Position numbers and translations under genes: made by a program | Part shown: piece by piece, positions 40,301 to 54,839 of the stretch | How the letters are laid out: the number at the start of each line of letters is the position of its first letter | Position numbering within the stretch: position 1 is the stretch's first letter | The notes under the pieces: generated by a model | What the model was told of the DNA's origin: nothing | Seen by the model: only the letters and a program-made list of their open reading frames with translations | Databases searched by the model: none | Assembly: GCA_036172245.1 (NCBI GenBank) | Contig: JAYWIR010000007.1 | Coordinates: 4,154,001 to 4,218,000, forward strand | Direction of reading: 5' to 3' | DNA length: 64,000 nt | Source of the DNA: Raillietiella orientalis | Lineage: Eukaryota

Positions 40301-41059
40301 CAGTATCTGTCCATCTTTCTGTTCCATCAGCTTTTCAGCATGCTCATCTGGAAATTCGGCTTCCTTTTTTTCCCATTCATTTCCTGCATTGAGTTGATTG
40401 AGACATGGAACTTCTTTTTTGGGGACAGCATCAGCTTCATCTTGTTTGGAGATGGAAGATGTTTCAGTTGGAGAGTTCTCTTCTACTTTATTGTCCTTCA
40501 ACTGAGATGGACAAATAATTTGTTTGTCTGGTAGGACAAATCCTATTTCAGAGAATTCTGGAATATTTTCGAAATTATGATTATTTTGTTTACCATTATT
40601 AGATCATTTTTACCTGAAGATGTATCCACATTCCCATCACATGAATCATTGCTTTTATTTTCTTTTGCATTTACTGCACCGCATTCACTGTCTTTTAAAC
40701 TGGCTGCTGTTTGTTCCACTTTGTGCTTTTCTTCTGTAACTACAGGATGACGATTCAGCTCAGTTTCAACACAAACAGCAGCATTAGCTGTTGAATGATC
40801 TGCAAAATTAAGTACTAAAAGTCAAAAGAATTTAAAGAAAACACTGTCATAAATTTCAAAATTCCAACAGACTTGTGAACTGCTTACCTGAAGTCTCTGC
40901 ATCTGTTGCAGAAATGTCCAGTGTGGTGGAATTATTGATTTTATCTTCTAGAAGTTCCTCTTTAATAAAAATATCCTTTGGATCATTGCTAACACTTTCA
41001 GTTTTCAAAGCACATATTTCATTTAGATTTTTGTCGCTTTCATCTTTCATAGTTATCAT
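37358..41059 (-). CDS. Large multi-zinc-finger-like protein with a repeated CxxC..H..H / C.PC..C..HYHCPxC..H..H module. Exons 41059-40888, 40799-40614, 40557-~37358
   Basis: 1047-codon ORF extended 5' by two frame-consistent GT-AG exons. An AG directly precedes ATG 41059, so an upstream exon is likely. A GTAAGT donor at ~37369 suggests the true 3' end may be spliced. Confidence 0.85.
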
Positions 41060-44000
41060 CTACAAATTAGAAAGAAGTACACAGTTCAAGGAATCGAGGA
41101 ATCCGCCACTCAGTTATAGTTGATTGAATTTTCATTAATCACTTTAACATCCAAATCATAACAAGTACGAGGCAGAAATCCTCTAATTTTACACACTGAC
41201 ACTATGGCATGCACTAAGCAATTTCTGCATTTATAAGGAACTTCATTTCTATTAATATTTGCATTAACTTATAAACCAATTAGCTTAAAAATCCTTTTGC
41301 GAAAACGAGTTTTTTTTTAAAAACACATGCTAAATTTACATCTGTTTGCTTAATTGGGAATGTACTTTTTAAGAAGGCAAGTTATTGCCACGTATATCAT
41401 GACATTCTGCAGAGGTCCTGGACAAAAATATAAAACTGTGTTCCAAGGAATATTCAGACACCAACAAGAGCACCTAATCGGGCTAAGTAAACAGATCATT
41501 ACCTGCATTTCACATGTAGTAAATCAAACGCTTGATACTGAACTATGGGACCACGCTATGGTAAGGACACACACCCAACAAAAGAATTTAGATGCCACTA
41601 ATTACAATTAACTATTCATTAACACACTGAACACCATTCACTAAATACCTATCAATTTATCATATATCTGTCAAAACTGTCAGGATTAACGAAAAGCATA
41701 ATCCTATTAAAAATCCTGGACATGCATTAAAAATTTCTGATATTACAGATGAATGACAAGAAAACAACATTAAAAACCAATCCATGAACTTTTCCCAAAC
41801 TGCACTTCAATTTTCTTGTGGCGCAGAAACTCTGTAAAAATAGGCCACAAGCACTATCCGATGAAATAACATGTGTTTCACGTGGATCAAACTGGATGGG
41901 GGAAAACATCTCACTTTTGGCCAGCATCAATTACACATCTTTTGTATTGAAAAAAATGCGTCGCACAAGGTATGCGTCTTGCACATATCAGAATTTCTTT
42001 CAAGCAATCAGTGAAATCATTAACCAAGTCACGATAAGCGAAGGGGAAAAAAATTTCCTGCATGGAACTTTTTCGGACACATGCAAAAACATTCTCCCAA
42101 CTGCAATCTTTTCGATGGGAAGTTTTCAAGTAAATGAACAAAGCGTTCACAAAACATCAAAAGCGCATCGTTCAGATTAAGTCTTAATGTGAGTTTCATA
42201 ATAATAAATGTGGAGAGCCTTTCTCGTGGCTTCCTAAACACAAAAAGTGGGGGAACGTCCGGCGGTCGTGAAGTGTTTTGAAATATTCTCTAAGCCAAAA
42301 TATTTTTGAAACACGGAGAGCTTGTTGGTCTTGTGAACAAGGGGTTACATGTTATCTGGGTCCCTGTATGGGAAAGCATCTATCAACATTTTGGAGGACA
42401 TCAGTTCGTAGTTATTACTTTCCCAAGTGTAGTTTTGACTATTACTAGTGACCACGTTGATTAGATTCTGCCAAAAGCCATGCTTTTGCAGTAGCCGTTT
42501 CCTGAAGTGCATGGAATTTATTGAATCCACATTTAACCGTTTATTCAATACAGTGTGATTCATTCAGGATCAGTGAAGTTTACGCCCTCAAAGAGATCGT
42601 GATTTAGAATGGGTGAATAGGGTGAAATAAATCGGTTAGAAATAAAGCAGTTAGAAAAAAACGAAAGCAAGTTTTCATTGAAACAATCTTTTCAAATGTG
42701 TTTTTTTTGATATGTTACTGTTTTTAATTTCCTATTACAGTGCAACTGCCATCCTGAAATTCATAAATTTGTGGCCTTATTATTAAATTAAAATCGTATG
42801 TGCTATTTGGCATCTTAGAATTAACAAAATTTTGTTAACATTTAGCATCAAATGTTGCACTGGAAACTAAATGTTGCAAAGAAAATGTGTCCATCATATT
42901 TTGGAACTGCACTGCTTGCAGGAAAAGTATCAGTACTTTTAAGTTTCTTTAATTTATAGAACGTAACAGCGAGGTTAGATTATGGTCTGTGGAAATGGGT
43001 ATTCTTCACTCTTTTGACTCAATAAATAATTTTAAAATGTGACGGTTCCTTTCTTAAATTAACTGTTCTGCCTTGTTAAGACATGAAGCTACTTGGAGTC
43101 GTAAATGATCAAAAATTAAGGTAATCAATGGATGTATTAAACAGTGCAGTTAACAAAACGGTTGGTAGAATGGTAATCTACAGGAAAAGATGCAACCAGT
43201 GAATAGATGGTCATATTTCCAAGTTGTATTAGCTTTTTAGCTTCCTGTTTGATAGCTCTAAAGTTTTCTGCAGTGCATATACAACATAATTTATGGTGAT
43301 GCGAACGTACCTTTCAGCAGAAAGATAAGATTTAGTAAGATATGTGTAATATCATTTATTAACATTGCTTTTCTGTATGTTTTCTTGGTTAAGACTAATA
43401 TTTGCATTTCTGTTTTCATTTGGTACACAAATAATTGACTTCAACATGCAGCATAGGTTTGTAAGCCCAATCATCGGTGTTTGCAGTTTTTGAAGGCTTG
43501 GAATAAATCTCAAGTTCTGTGCTAATAAATCTCCCCAAAATTAGTTCTTTATGTAGGTAAATGAGTATGTTTTTTTATGCTATCAATCAAAACCAAGAAA
43601 GCCTGTAGAAGTTATTAAAGTGTACTGAACTTAACAATTAAATCTGCGTATACTGTTTCTTTTGTCTTTGCTGTTTCAATCTTTCAATCCACTTTCAGTT
43701 TACTTGAGGAATGCTTTATGAAATTTCAAAGTAATTAGTGGAATGCAGGATTAATGGTACTCAAGTAGTGATTATGTGTAGTTCAGAGTGATTAGGGATG
43801 TAGTAATTTATCGCTTTCATGGATTGTTGTATCACTTATAATTGTAATTCCATGGAATTCTTGGTTTTCTAAGTTGGTTGATATTCATCTTGTGTTACAA
43901 TCAAAAACATTCCTAATTTAAATTTACTTATACATCGTAAGTGATTAATACTAACTTCAAATGCTAAGATTGCTTAACAATTTTAGAATTGTAACCTTTT

Positions 44001-47000
44001 AGCCTGGACTTTTAATTTTTAGAAAAAGGTTGCTACCAAGCCTATTTTCCTTTTTCCATCATGTAAGTTTTTTCTTCCAAGATTAATGTGAACAGATGTG
44101 TCTGCAGATTCATGAGTTTAATGTTGGCATGATATATGGCTTGAAACCACATCTTTTCAATAAAAGTGGAAACTGGTCCTTATCTGAAAATTTTGGCTTC
44201 TTCTAGATTACTTCTTCAAATCTTGTTTATAAGGTCAAGACAAAGTGATAATTGCTGTATAATTTGATTCTTCCCCAAAAATGTTAATTGATTTCTAATC
44301 AATGGATTTGAATGTGTTGCATGAAAGATGTACTAGCAAAATTTTCCAAATGCATGCATTAAATTTCATGTCTGTTTCATGTGACATTTTGGAAAGCATG
44401 TCCCTTTAAAGCATAATTGTATGGGAGATAAAGGAAAAGAAAGCCTTTAAAGGATAAATGCTGTCACTGGTGATTTTTCTTTTTTTACTTATATGCACAA
44501 ACTGACTCATGATTACTTTGCTTCTGATTTCTGGCCGAGTTTATTTATTATGAGGTACTGTCATTTTGTGTACATTTGAGATAAACAACCTCACCTGAGT
44601 CACTGAATAAATAGAATGGTTCTTTTACACTACTAATGAATGTACCATTAGAGCTGTCAGGAAAATAAAGTGGCTACATATTTTGCTTAATGACACTGGA
44701 AATTAGCATTAATAAAAAAGGAAAATATGAAGGTATAAACAGGCTTGGAATGGTTGTGGTAATTTTCAACATGGCTGGTTACCTTGTGAGTCTTTCCAAA
44801 ATTAGATTACTTCAAAATTCAGTTTGTTTACTTGCAGTGTTCTGAATTGTCCATTGCAGAACAGATCACTAGACCCCACAAGATCACTAGAGCCATGTGT
44901 AATTATGTGAATGGCACATAATTACAAATTATTGATCATTTACAAAATTAATGTAGTGCAATTGCAGGCATAATTATAGTGCATAATTACACATGATCTT
45001 TGGAATGACTTACCAGGTCTCCTTTCTTTCATATGCTTTTGTGCAACTGCTACTTATCGGTTATTGCTTTAGTCAATTTTTGAGCATTTGTAAACTTTTC
45101 AGCAGTAATGTCGTATGGTTGCTTAACTGCTTAATTTTGAACAAAACTTTAACAGCAATTACTCGCAAATTTCATTTGCCAATATTGCAAAGTAGATCTT
45201 AAGAGAATAAAATTTACTTGTGATGTAAGTTGAGTTCAAAAGTTTAGCAATGCTTTATGCCTCTATTGTTGGTTGTACATGGAAGTAATTGAGTATATGG
45301 ATTTTTCAAATAAATGTGGACATCAAGCAGAAAGACCCATGTTTATATTTTAATTTCACATTGAGTGGAGCATGGTATTTTTAATTTTCATGGTGAAATC
45401 GGTAAATCATGTTTTCATCAAGCTTTCCAAATACGGTTTCTGGACAAATGTCACACTTTCATCATACTTCAATCTTTACATGTTATTATGCCCATTTTTT
45501 TTTTGTTTCGCGGAGTTTAAACAAATATTTAGGGATTTCTAGATAATTCTTCAGTTAAGGCGATGATTGCTTAACTATGGATTTAACTCTTCATGCTTTT
45601 TTGACATGAGGGTCTGTTTTTATATCAATGCCATTTTTTTCATATTTTAGCAGCAACGCAGTTCTGGACAGTGATGCTTTTAATCACGGACTCAACTTCT
45701 TGCTTCTGTACTAGCGAATTAGAATATGTTTTTTTCTTGTCGTGGATGATCACCAATCATTCAAATTTTCCTACTTCTTTGTGAATTGACTATTTATTTG
45801 GAAAAAGCTTTTTCTTCCATGAATTTGCTTTTGCTTTTGCTGAATATTTGGCATCTACATATCATAGTAACTTGCTGAATCTTGCAGTCAGTCAGACAAT
45901 CAGCAATTTTGGTTTGTGTCTACCTTAACAACTTCCTTCATCAGAGTTGCTTAGCTTATGACATTATTGTTACTGAATGAATATTAAGGAGATTTTTTTC
46001 TTCCTTTCTCTGTAAAAGAATTTTTGCCCATTCTGCAAACATAGTTTAAGTTTGTTTGACCTGAATATCATCAACTCCATCCCTTATTTTCAGTATCTTG
46101 CAGATACTTCAATAAATCTAGTTATTCAGTACTTAATAAGTTTCGACAACAATAAAATAAATTGTAGTACATTTAAAAATACGTGTGAGAATTGATGTAG
46201 AACATCTTCAAACCCATAACACTTTAATACTCCACATTACATGCATTGCTTCGAAGGGTTTATGGATTATGTGACTAATAAAACTTAATTTAGTCATTCA
46301 GAGTGACCTGGGGAAGATTACTCTGCGATTTTGTATTTTGGGAAGCATTACAAATTTGATTGGTGTCCCAAGACGATTTGGCATTTTCGCTTGGGGTATA
46401 CAAAATGTACATGACTTGCTATAACCTTAAGATGTTTAATCGTTAATATGGCGTGAATTGGTGTATCTGCGTGGTCTTAAAAAAACCATATTAGAAGTTT
46501 GGTGGATGTCCACTTTGCTTGCAGTCAATTTTTTGATTTTCATTGGGAAACCACATGTACGTTTTGTTTCCTTGTGTTATAGTTAACATCACTTGTGAAG
46601 GAATCGTGAGTCTCGTCTTTCGAAAAGCGATGTCACAAGTGCTATTTCAAGGATAGCCGGCCAGTAGGAGAATGGATTTTGTGCCAGTCGGCCTATTTGT
46701 CTGCATCACAAAAAGAAGTACATGCAGCAGAAAACCTGCGTGTACTCACTCAAGTCTCTAATACATCAAAAGTATTTTGGGGGGGAGGGGGTTGACCTAT
46801 TAGTGCTCCGGTCGCTTATGATGTTTCTGGTAGAACAGTAAATCCCCAATGTGTTGCAAACCTCAGATTTCATTTAGCTATTCGTGATTCTGTAAAATTC
46901 CAACATGATGCACATATTCCTTTCAGGTGCGTGTCAAACAAAAATACAGAAAATTCTTCTTGGTGTGACCTTAAGTCTTCCATCGGGCAAATTTCCAAAC

Positions 47001-49539
47001 TGTTCTTTCCCGTTGGCGCGTTTATCGACGGTGCAAACATGAAACTTGAAAACAGGCGCTTCATTTCTTTCTCCATATGGAAGAAAAAAACACACACATC
47101 ACTTTAACGAGTGATGTTAAAGTGCCTGTCGTTGAATTTGTGTGCATATTAATTGTGAGAACACATGGAATGTTAAGCGTAAGAAAAGATCTGCCTATAT
47201 CCTACACAGGCATCTTTGTATTTGTGCTACTTTACTGTTTCCGTTTGTTGTTGTTTTTAACCAAATTTCTGTGCCATCGGCAGTCCACAAAAATCCTGAC
47301 AACACGAAATTTACATGACTAAGTTGACATCATTGGTGGGCGATCTCTACCTATGTCTGTTCCAAATTTTACCATTTTTTTCATGAACGAATCGTGCACA
47401 CTGAATGTCAGCAGGTAGTGGCGCCGCCATTATCTGTTGCAGTGGTGCTCCATGTCTTATTCTCCTTGCATATTATGTTAAAGGTCTCAGAAGTTTTGCC
47501 TCATTTGCATAGCAGAGACAAACTGGCACCAATGCCTGGTTGCTTATTGAATGTAATAGCAATTATTTATAGCTTTAGCTGAAAACACTATCAGTGGATA
47601 TTATTGTAAGCATTTTTTGACTTCTATTAGGTTGCAGTGTAATTTCATTGCCGCGAGCATAAGGTGGTAAGTGTTGAAACTCTTGTTTCCAAACCCACAA
47701 ACGAGGTGATTCGGGATTTACTTTCGTGCAGTTCTTTATTACCTGTTGTGATTATTCAGTGTGATCACAATTCTAGGCGAAGGTTTAGATGACTATGAAG
47801 CCAGTAGCCCGGAACTTGGAAAATCTTCCAACTCCAGCGTTCTGTAAGGGAATCAAAACTTCTCACTGACTCTTATCCGGATAGCAGCACAGAATTTATT
47901 GCGTCATCAAGTACTAGAAGAGAGTTGATGTGGAAATCCCGAGCATTCATTAGAAAGTGCAATTACTAACCTTCGAATTGAAATAAGCAAGCGTTCAAAC
48001 TTTTCCTCTCGTTACCTCGATCTCTGTAAATGCTGTTTCAATTTGTGTTACTTCTGTGAGTTATTTGGGAGGTGCAGAAACGCGAATCCTGTTCTTTCGG
48101 ACGCTTTAAAGATCAGAATCTCCGAGATGATTCAAACGAGGAATTCTTTTGAGTTTAAAAGTATTGATCCGATTTCAGAAGTCGGAGTGTCGATTCCCAC
48201 ATCACGCGAGACCGAATTTCTTCGTTGGGATGGTCAAGGAAGCGGCGTGTCGCAAATTTTTCGGTCTGCTCTTCCTTTCTCTTTCCAGCTGTAGTTAAGC
48301 TGTGGCAAAGGAAAACTATGATTAATCTGGGATGTTTTACTAGGTCGCGTCACAAAATGTAGCTCAAATCACAATTTGTCATTGAAATCCGAATTTCACA
48401 TCGGTTTCAATATGTTTTCTAGGTAATTTTTGTCGACACATGTGAGGGACAAAAGACAAAATTATTGAGGGACAAAATTATTCTTTTTTTCAGTGTTTGT
48501 CTTATTCATGCAATATGCATTTAAAGGCGTTTAAGTGAAAGGTGATACAAAAAAGATTCGCCTACGTGACTTTACCGAGCTTTGTCTCTGGGAAGACCAT
48601 GTGCAGCTAACAGTAAGCTTTAGTCGGAAAAGCGATATCTATCTGCGTGAGATTGAAATTATAGAAGGGAAAAAATGGAACTTTGATAGATTGTTTTGTT
48701 TTCCTTTTTTTTTCTCCCTTTCTTTCTTTGATCTCCTTGCTCTAGATCCTCGTATAATGCTCTCCTCATCCGAAACTCCTCTCTTTGGCGGTTTTCTGAT
48801 TTAAGCCCGAATTCGTTCAGTTTACAATCAGAAGCTCCTAATACACTCTGTGCTCCACACGCTACTCCAGCACTGAGAAAACTGAAAAAGAGCTCCACAA
48901 TTTGGGCATCATCATTAATGCTGAACATTTCGTAAGCAAAGAGTCTACTGCTCCTTATGTTTCGAACCGAGAACGGCCTAGTAATTTTAACATTTTCATT
49001 TTTTGACATTTTTTTTTCCTCCTAACGAGACGTCACACTGCTTATCAGTTCATCTCGGGTTTTGCGCCATTTCGACCAGGTGAACTGAAGATGCCACCTT
49101 GCATGGTGGCAGCCAATTTTCTCTGCAATCAAATGCAAGTCCAGAAATTGCCATTCTGTGAAGGCAAAACTTCGTTATACACCCCAACCAGTGTTGCCAA
49201 TCTTGATAACTGGCACTCGGTGGAGTATCTTCTGCTTCTTTGTTGTTGCTTTTTTTTTCTTTCTTCCTTTGGAATTCGAGTGCTGTTCTCAAAGTGTTAT
49301 CTTTGGTTTGATTGTCTCCAACAGAGTTTTTATTTTTAATCGAAAAAATCTAACGTTGTTTCTCTATGGAACACGTTCTCGAACCCACGTTCATGCTATT
49401 TGTTCCATATTTTCGTTTTATCTGTTTGTTTTAAACGAAAGTGCACAAGAAGCTTTAGGAATTTTCCTCTAATCTAGATTAGATGTTTTTCCTATTCTAT
49501 CGAAACATAAAAAGTGAGCACCATAACACTGCATAGAGA

Positions 49540-50885
49540 AACCTGTTCTTGTTTCGTTGGACACTGTTGGGCACCAAAGCAGTCTTAATGAGGTACCTAA
49601 GCAGTATGCTGTACTGCATATCGAGAATACCATAGCAATGAAATTATCAACTTCGAATCGGTTTAAGGAGGAAAGAAGCAGCGGACCAGAGAACCGTGTA
49701 TCGATAAAGCAAGATCGTGTCCGGAGAGCAGAGATGGCTAGCGTCAGCGAAAGTGTGACTGCAATTGAACACGAATCTGTACCCAAAACCTAGCATGTGA
49801 AGATGGTCGTTGCATCACTGAGCTTGCGTCTTGACTTGGGGACATCTATTCAGGGCAATGGAGAGCAAAAGTTTCCCTACCTATTTTCCCTTCACATGGA
49901 GTTTGGTTGACAAAATGTATTGAAAGGAGAGCTGGAAGCCAATTGAGATGCAGTTTGCGATGAGTTGCACGTGTGACGAGAGCAAAATGGAAGACTTTTC
50001 GTGAAGATGCAGCCGACCACGAGACATGGCTGCTGCATTGTATGCGCTAGCATGCAATGCAGAAGAATCATGCTGAGACGAAGGGAAGAAGAAGCGAAGG
50101 ATGACCACACCAAGGATACGAAAACCGGAGAGGTTTCACCTACTTCAGACAAAAAGAGATCGTACTGGATAGGGAATTCTGAGGGTTCACAGCGACTACT
50201 CGGACCAATAATTTCGAACAGAGCCTCTTATCTCTCTGTTGTAAAGCTACATGGAGAGATTCGTCTCAGTCCTCAGAGATTTAAACACGCCCTGGGCTGT
50301 GCTCCACCGAAATGTTTCCATGCCTGTCTCATCCACCACAAGATTCAATCGCATCCAGAAATCCACTTTTTGTTCCCGACAAGGGTTCTCCTTGGGGTTC
50401 ATCACACGCTTCTGGTTAGACCACGCGATAACAGAGGATGCAAAGAGAGTTTATCAGTCCACTCTGTCACGTCCGGTAAGTGGCTTTGGTCCCCATTCTA
50501 ACGCAGAATCTTTTCCCCCTTTTACTGAGCAGAAGGTCTAGTGCTTTGGTCACCTCTCTTTGGAGGAAGGGAAGGGAAAAAGCCTTCACAGAGTTCTCTG
50601 GTCGACCGGATGAAACACAGAACTGCTGACTCGTCCTCTGGAAGGAACGGTTACCGCATCCATGGGATGCAGCACGTGCTCCTAAGCCTCCAAGAAGGTG
50701 GAACTATTTATCCTCCTGTTCCGCCGGGACGTTTAATTCAGAAGAACCGAACAAACCATCTGGGAACCAAGTTCCCGGACTGAGGGATAAGAAGTTCAAG
50801 GGGAGGGCTCCTCAACACGCAGGTCGGGCACCGTGAAGTCCGGAACAGGAGGGAGGTATAATTTAAAAACAAAATACAAAAAAGA
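49540..50885 (+). mobile_element. Decayed RLE-type non-LTR retrotransposon, 3' part
   Basis: LDTVGH (~AFDTV.H) at ~49557, SIKQD (~GVKQGD) at ~49700, KHALGC...LIHHKIQ (CCHC/RH region) at ~50285-50350, A-rich tail at 50861-50885. Confidence 0.5.
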
Positions 50886-51499
50886 TATGGTGGGACAGGG
50901 GTCTTTGGCTTCGGCCGTTTTCTTTGTTTCAGAACCGGCGCTGAATGCTGGTGAGATCCTTCCTTGCTTCTTCCTTGAGATGAGACCACCTAGCAGCCAC
51001 CCTCGTATTGGCAGCTGCAATCCTGGTGACCTCCCTGGGTAACGCTTGCGATTGCAACACGTGGTGGGCCTTTACGATGGCAAAGAAGGTGGAATCGTGG
51101 GGAGGGATGGGGGCTGCTTCTTTCCCAGAGAAACTTTTCCCAGAAGTATCGAGGTGATTGCGTTGCTCATCACCGCGCCCGCGTTTATACTTTATCCGTG
51201 AGATTCGACTTTCCCGAGGAAATTCAGCCGTGGTCCACGCTGCCGACACCTGCTTTATAGTCACTCCTGTCTCGCCCTTCACTTTTTTCGTGCAGGGATT
51301 ATTCGTCGGGAACGGAACGGACACACAGCAGTCTTCAGGGGGTTCGAACCTTCGTGCAAGGGCTAAGGAGAGGGAGGAGCGCACCCCAGTCGGCTCCGGA
51401 GTGGAGCTGGACGGAAGGATGTCGGTCTTCGATTCCTGTCCCTGCAGTTCTGGCTCTTCCCGCTGATTTTACACCGAGTTGGGAGGAAGAGCGCACGTA

Positions 51500-52650
51500 T
51501 GCTGGCAAGGCGCCGAAACGAGAGTCACTCGTAAGCAGAGGGAATCAGAGAGAGCGCTGTGCTCGCGATATCTTGTTCGCTTCAGTCCTTCGATCTCCTC
51601 TTAAGGAGGAGTTGAGCCGAGTCCTTCGCGCATTGCACGTCACGTGATCTTCGATGAGACTTTCAAGACCTTAAGGGACGAGTCCTCGGAGATTTCGCAG
51701 GCATTTCCGTGAGCTGCGCCCGCGCACGGAGAGACGGCGATGCCATGTGTGAAGCGCTTTCCCGGCTCACGCTGATAGGGGTGGGGGGTGAGGGTCACGA
51801 GCAAAGTCACGCGAAATGCCGCATCGCAGGCTCTTCACTAATGGGCAGAGTCCAATGGAAGCCTGCTCGGTCCAGCTCGTTCAGTTCGAGGATCCAAAGA
51901 AACTAAGCTGTCCGCCTTGGGATAATCCGACGTCGCAGTTCCTCCGTGGTAGCTTTCCCCTCACTAAGCGCTCACACATGCATGTTGCTCGCATGGTGGC
52001 CAACCCGAAAGCGGCACTTTGCTTCCGGCAGCTCTCCAAGGAGACTGAAAATGGTGCATCACAAAGACTCAGAGGGATTTTTTTTTTTTTTTGCTTTGCC
52101 CTACAAGCAGGGCGAGCCCGTCGCTAGGCAACGAACCGGTTTTCCTTCGGAAGTGGCAAGTGACCAGGGGTGTGCAAGACGAAGGGAAGGCATGGCGGAT
52201 CCAGCCCAGCTCCCTTCCTTGCTCGGCCGCTTCCACTTGAAGACTTGTGAGCAGGCAAACCGCAGGTGGCCGCTCCCCCTCGGCGCGCATCCCTGAGATT
52301 TCCCGCGACTCCCTCCTGCAGGTGCGCAAACCCGAGAAGCTCCAGGAACGCACGCCAAGCTGCAGGGAATGGGAAAAATTCGACGCGGCCTTCTTCCTGC
52401 TCGCCGTGCGCTCCCCATTTGGTCCCGGGAGTTCGTGGGAGCAGCTCGTCATCATCGAGAGGGACGAATATCCTTAAAAAGAGTTTGCCGTGGCTCGCTT
52501 TCGCCTCAATACGGAAGTGGGCAGCTTTCTAACCGGATGAGGTATGTGGCATTCGCGGAATCCCTTCCTGTGAGGCGGCGGAGACAGCACGCTCGGGTCG
52601 AGGAGGACGATGGGACGTTGAGGTTTTTCCTGGTGGGTCGGGGGCCAGCA
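51500..52650 (-). mobile_element. Possible gypsy-type RT relic
   Basis: Minus strand reads IFVPLDDDELL (~FVYLDDIL) at ~52460 and FLELLG (~LEFLG) at ~52340. Heavily decayed; boundaries approximate. Confidence 0.3.
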
Positions 52651-53099
52651 GACAAGGTGGGTGGCAGCTTAACGCGGACTATATTGGCTGCTTTCCCCTG
52701 CCTCCCGGAAGACTCCACCCATACTTGTTCTTTTTTTCCTCTCTCTCGGTCTCTCCAGTGGGAAGGAGAGGGGGAGGCCAATCCAAGGAGAAAGGACAGT
52801 ATAGTGAAAAGGTCAAAGATCGCGGTAATCCCATTGGTTCATCGCCCGGTCACTCAGGGATCTCGTTATGGAAACAGCGCATGTGGGGTGATTCCCGGTC
52901 CCACCACACTCGCTGCACGCGGAACCCGCCGAGATGCTGGTGCTCACGCAGCCCGGCGAGGTCCGCCTCCGCAGCGAAGGGGAAGGAATAGAACGAAAAG
53001 GGGAGTAAGGGGAGGAGGGGGGAAAAGGAAACAAGGAAAATGTTCTTTGGTGGATGGCTCGTTGCTAGACGTCCTCTGCAACATTCTTCCCAGGACGCC

Positions 53100-54750
53100 G
53101 GATGCAAGTTCAGTCCGAGCACGACCTGAGTGGGGCCATCTCATGGCGACCTCATGAAGGATTTCGTCCGGCAAATGGCGTCCCTTCCGCTCCACCCTCT
53201 TCTTTCAGCGTCCTAGGACACCCACCGTCCCGCGAAGACAGCGGAGAACCGCTGGAGACGCGGGTGGCGGGCGTACGGCCCGCGCGAAGAGGCACGAGGG
53301 GACTCATGTTTCTGGAGCTGCCCCACCAGGATCCGTAGGGCCGTCGCGGAGCATTCCCCGAGGTGCTGGAGGGCAGCACGGTCCACGAAGGTGCGGGAGG
53401 GTTTCTTTTTTCCGGAACCTGTCACGGCCGGCATCTGCTGGACCTATCCCGGGTCCAACGGTGCAGGCGTGCCAACTACAACACTTGGTGGCAAGCCTGC
53501 AGCACGCGCGCCGACGCAGAGTTGGTAGGTCCCACCTACGACCTGGAAGCAGCCTCTCTGGAGGGAGTGGATAGGACAGGAATAAGTGGACCCAACCCAC
53601 TGTTACCCCTCTAGCCGCAGCTCTGTCCTCCTACAAGAGAGAAGGGGAAGTTGCCAGGTGTTGGCAGGGTGGGTGACCTCGCGGCGAGAGCGACGAAGCT
53701 GGTGGGGCCGGTGGGGGGGGGGACGGGTCAGTTGGCCGACGACCCACTCCCAGTGCACGGCTGCTCCGTATCGGACAGAGTACCTAGGTTCGGACATTCC
53801 GCCGTCGGGGGTCGCAGCCGTGACCCTTCCCTTCCATCTGGACAGCTCCGCTCTCCCCCTCAAGTGGCGGCACGAAGAGGCTTGGCCGTCCGTGCGCCGC
53901 GACTCCCCGTGCAACCAGCGGTTGCATCGCTGGACGTGGATGGTCGCTTCGGCGAACGACGCCAGCTGCGGGCAAAACAGAAACCTCCACACACCCGCCG
54001 CTGGACTGCGGTGACCTTCGCGGAAGCGTGTGGAACCGCCTAGCGGCTGCTCCACTTCGACCCGAAGGCACCCCGGAAGGCCTTCTCCAGCGCTGCTTCC
54101 CGCGGGACGGGCTTTCGCCTGCCTCCCCGACCGCTCCCGATTCCGCGTCGCGCCGGGAGGACCGTGGCGTCCCGGAACGCGCAGGAGGTGCTGCGCCACG
54201 CCTCAACTCCCCAATGATGAAGGAGGTGTCAAAACGGCCTTCGAAAGATACCGGAATCGAGGAGGACGCCGCCTGCATCGTACGCACGCGGGTTGAGGAA
54301 GACGCAACGTTGAGGAGCGTAACCCCTGTCCCTTCCCCCCTTTTACTCATTGCCCCCTCCTCTACACCCTTCCCGCCCTTCTGTGTATCCGGCCTGCGAG
54401 CGGAGGTTTTCTTTTTTTTTCTTTCTCCTCTTCACTCTCTGAAGTCTTCATGGACCAGTGGATTCACCGATCCACGTGACCTCTTCTGCTTCCCTTGCTT
54501 GGGACTGAGAAACGGGTCGGCGTACGTTGCAAGGGACAGCCCAATGCAAGGCCAGCAACGCTGACTCCTGCCTCTCTAAGGGGAGGGTGGGGCTGTGAGT
54601 CAGTACCGCGGACGCCTCGTGGGGGATGCCCAGATGCTCTGGTTAAGCGAGCCACCGGCTGCGAGGGACTATCTTCGTTCCTGGAGCGGCGGCGCAGATG
54701 CAAAGTCTCCAGCTGCGGGCTGGAGACTTTGCCGAACCTCTGAACGATGG
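53100..54750 (-). mobile_element. Decayed RLE-type non-LTR retrotransposon fragment
   Basis: ELSRWKG...W...HPANT linker segment (~53850-53660), then CRP*...KETLPHLRGPC (CCHC, ~53435-53375) and a G.W-type endonuclease tail (~53225). Lies head-to-head with the 54840 element. Confidence 0.45.
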
Positions 54751-54839
54751 AAATCCTTGGGTTCTTCTTTTTCTTCTGTCTTCGCTGTTTTCCTTCCAGC
54801 TTTTTTCTTGTTTTTTGGTTTTTAAGAGTTTTCTTTTTT

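Noticed and set aside
42300..48400. Possible + strand gene diverging from the CpG patch at ~42255
   Set aside because: Isolated acceptor-like sites but no coherent coding exons. Could be non-coding, but unsupported.
48840..49220. Gypsy RT-like fragments (LGIIIN, PTSV)
   Set aside because: Too short and degenerate to call.
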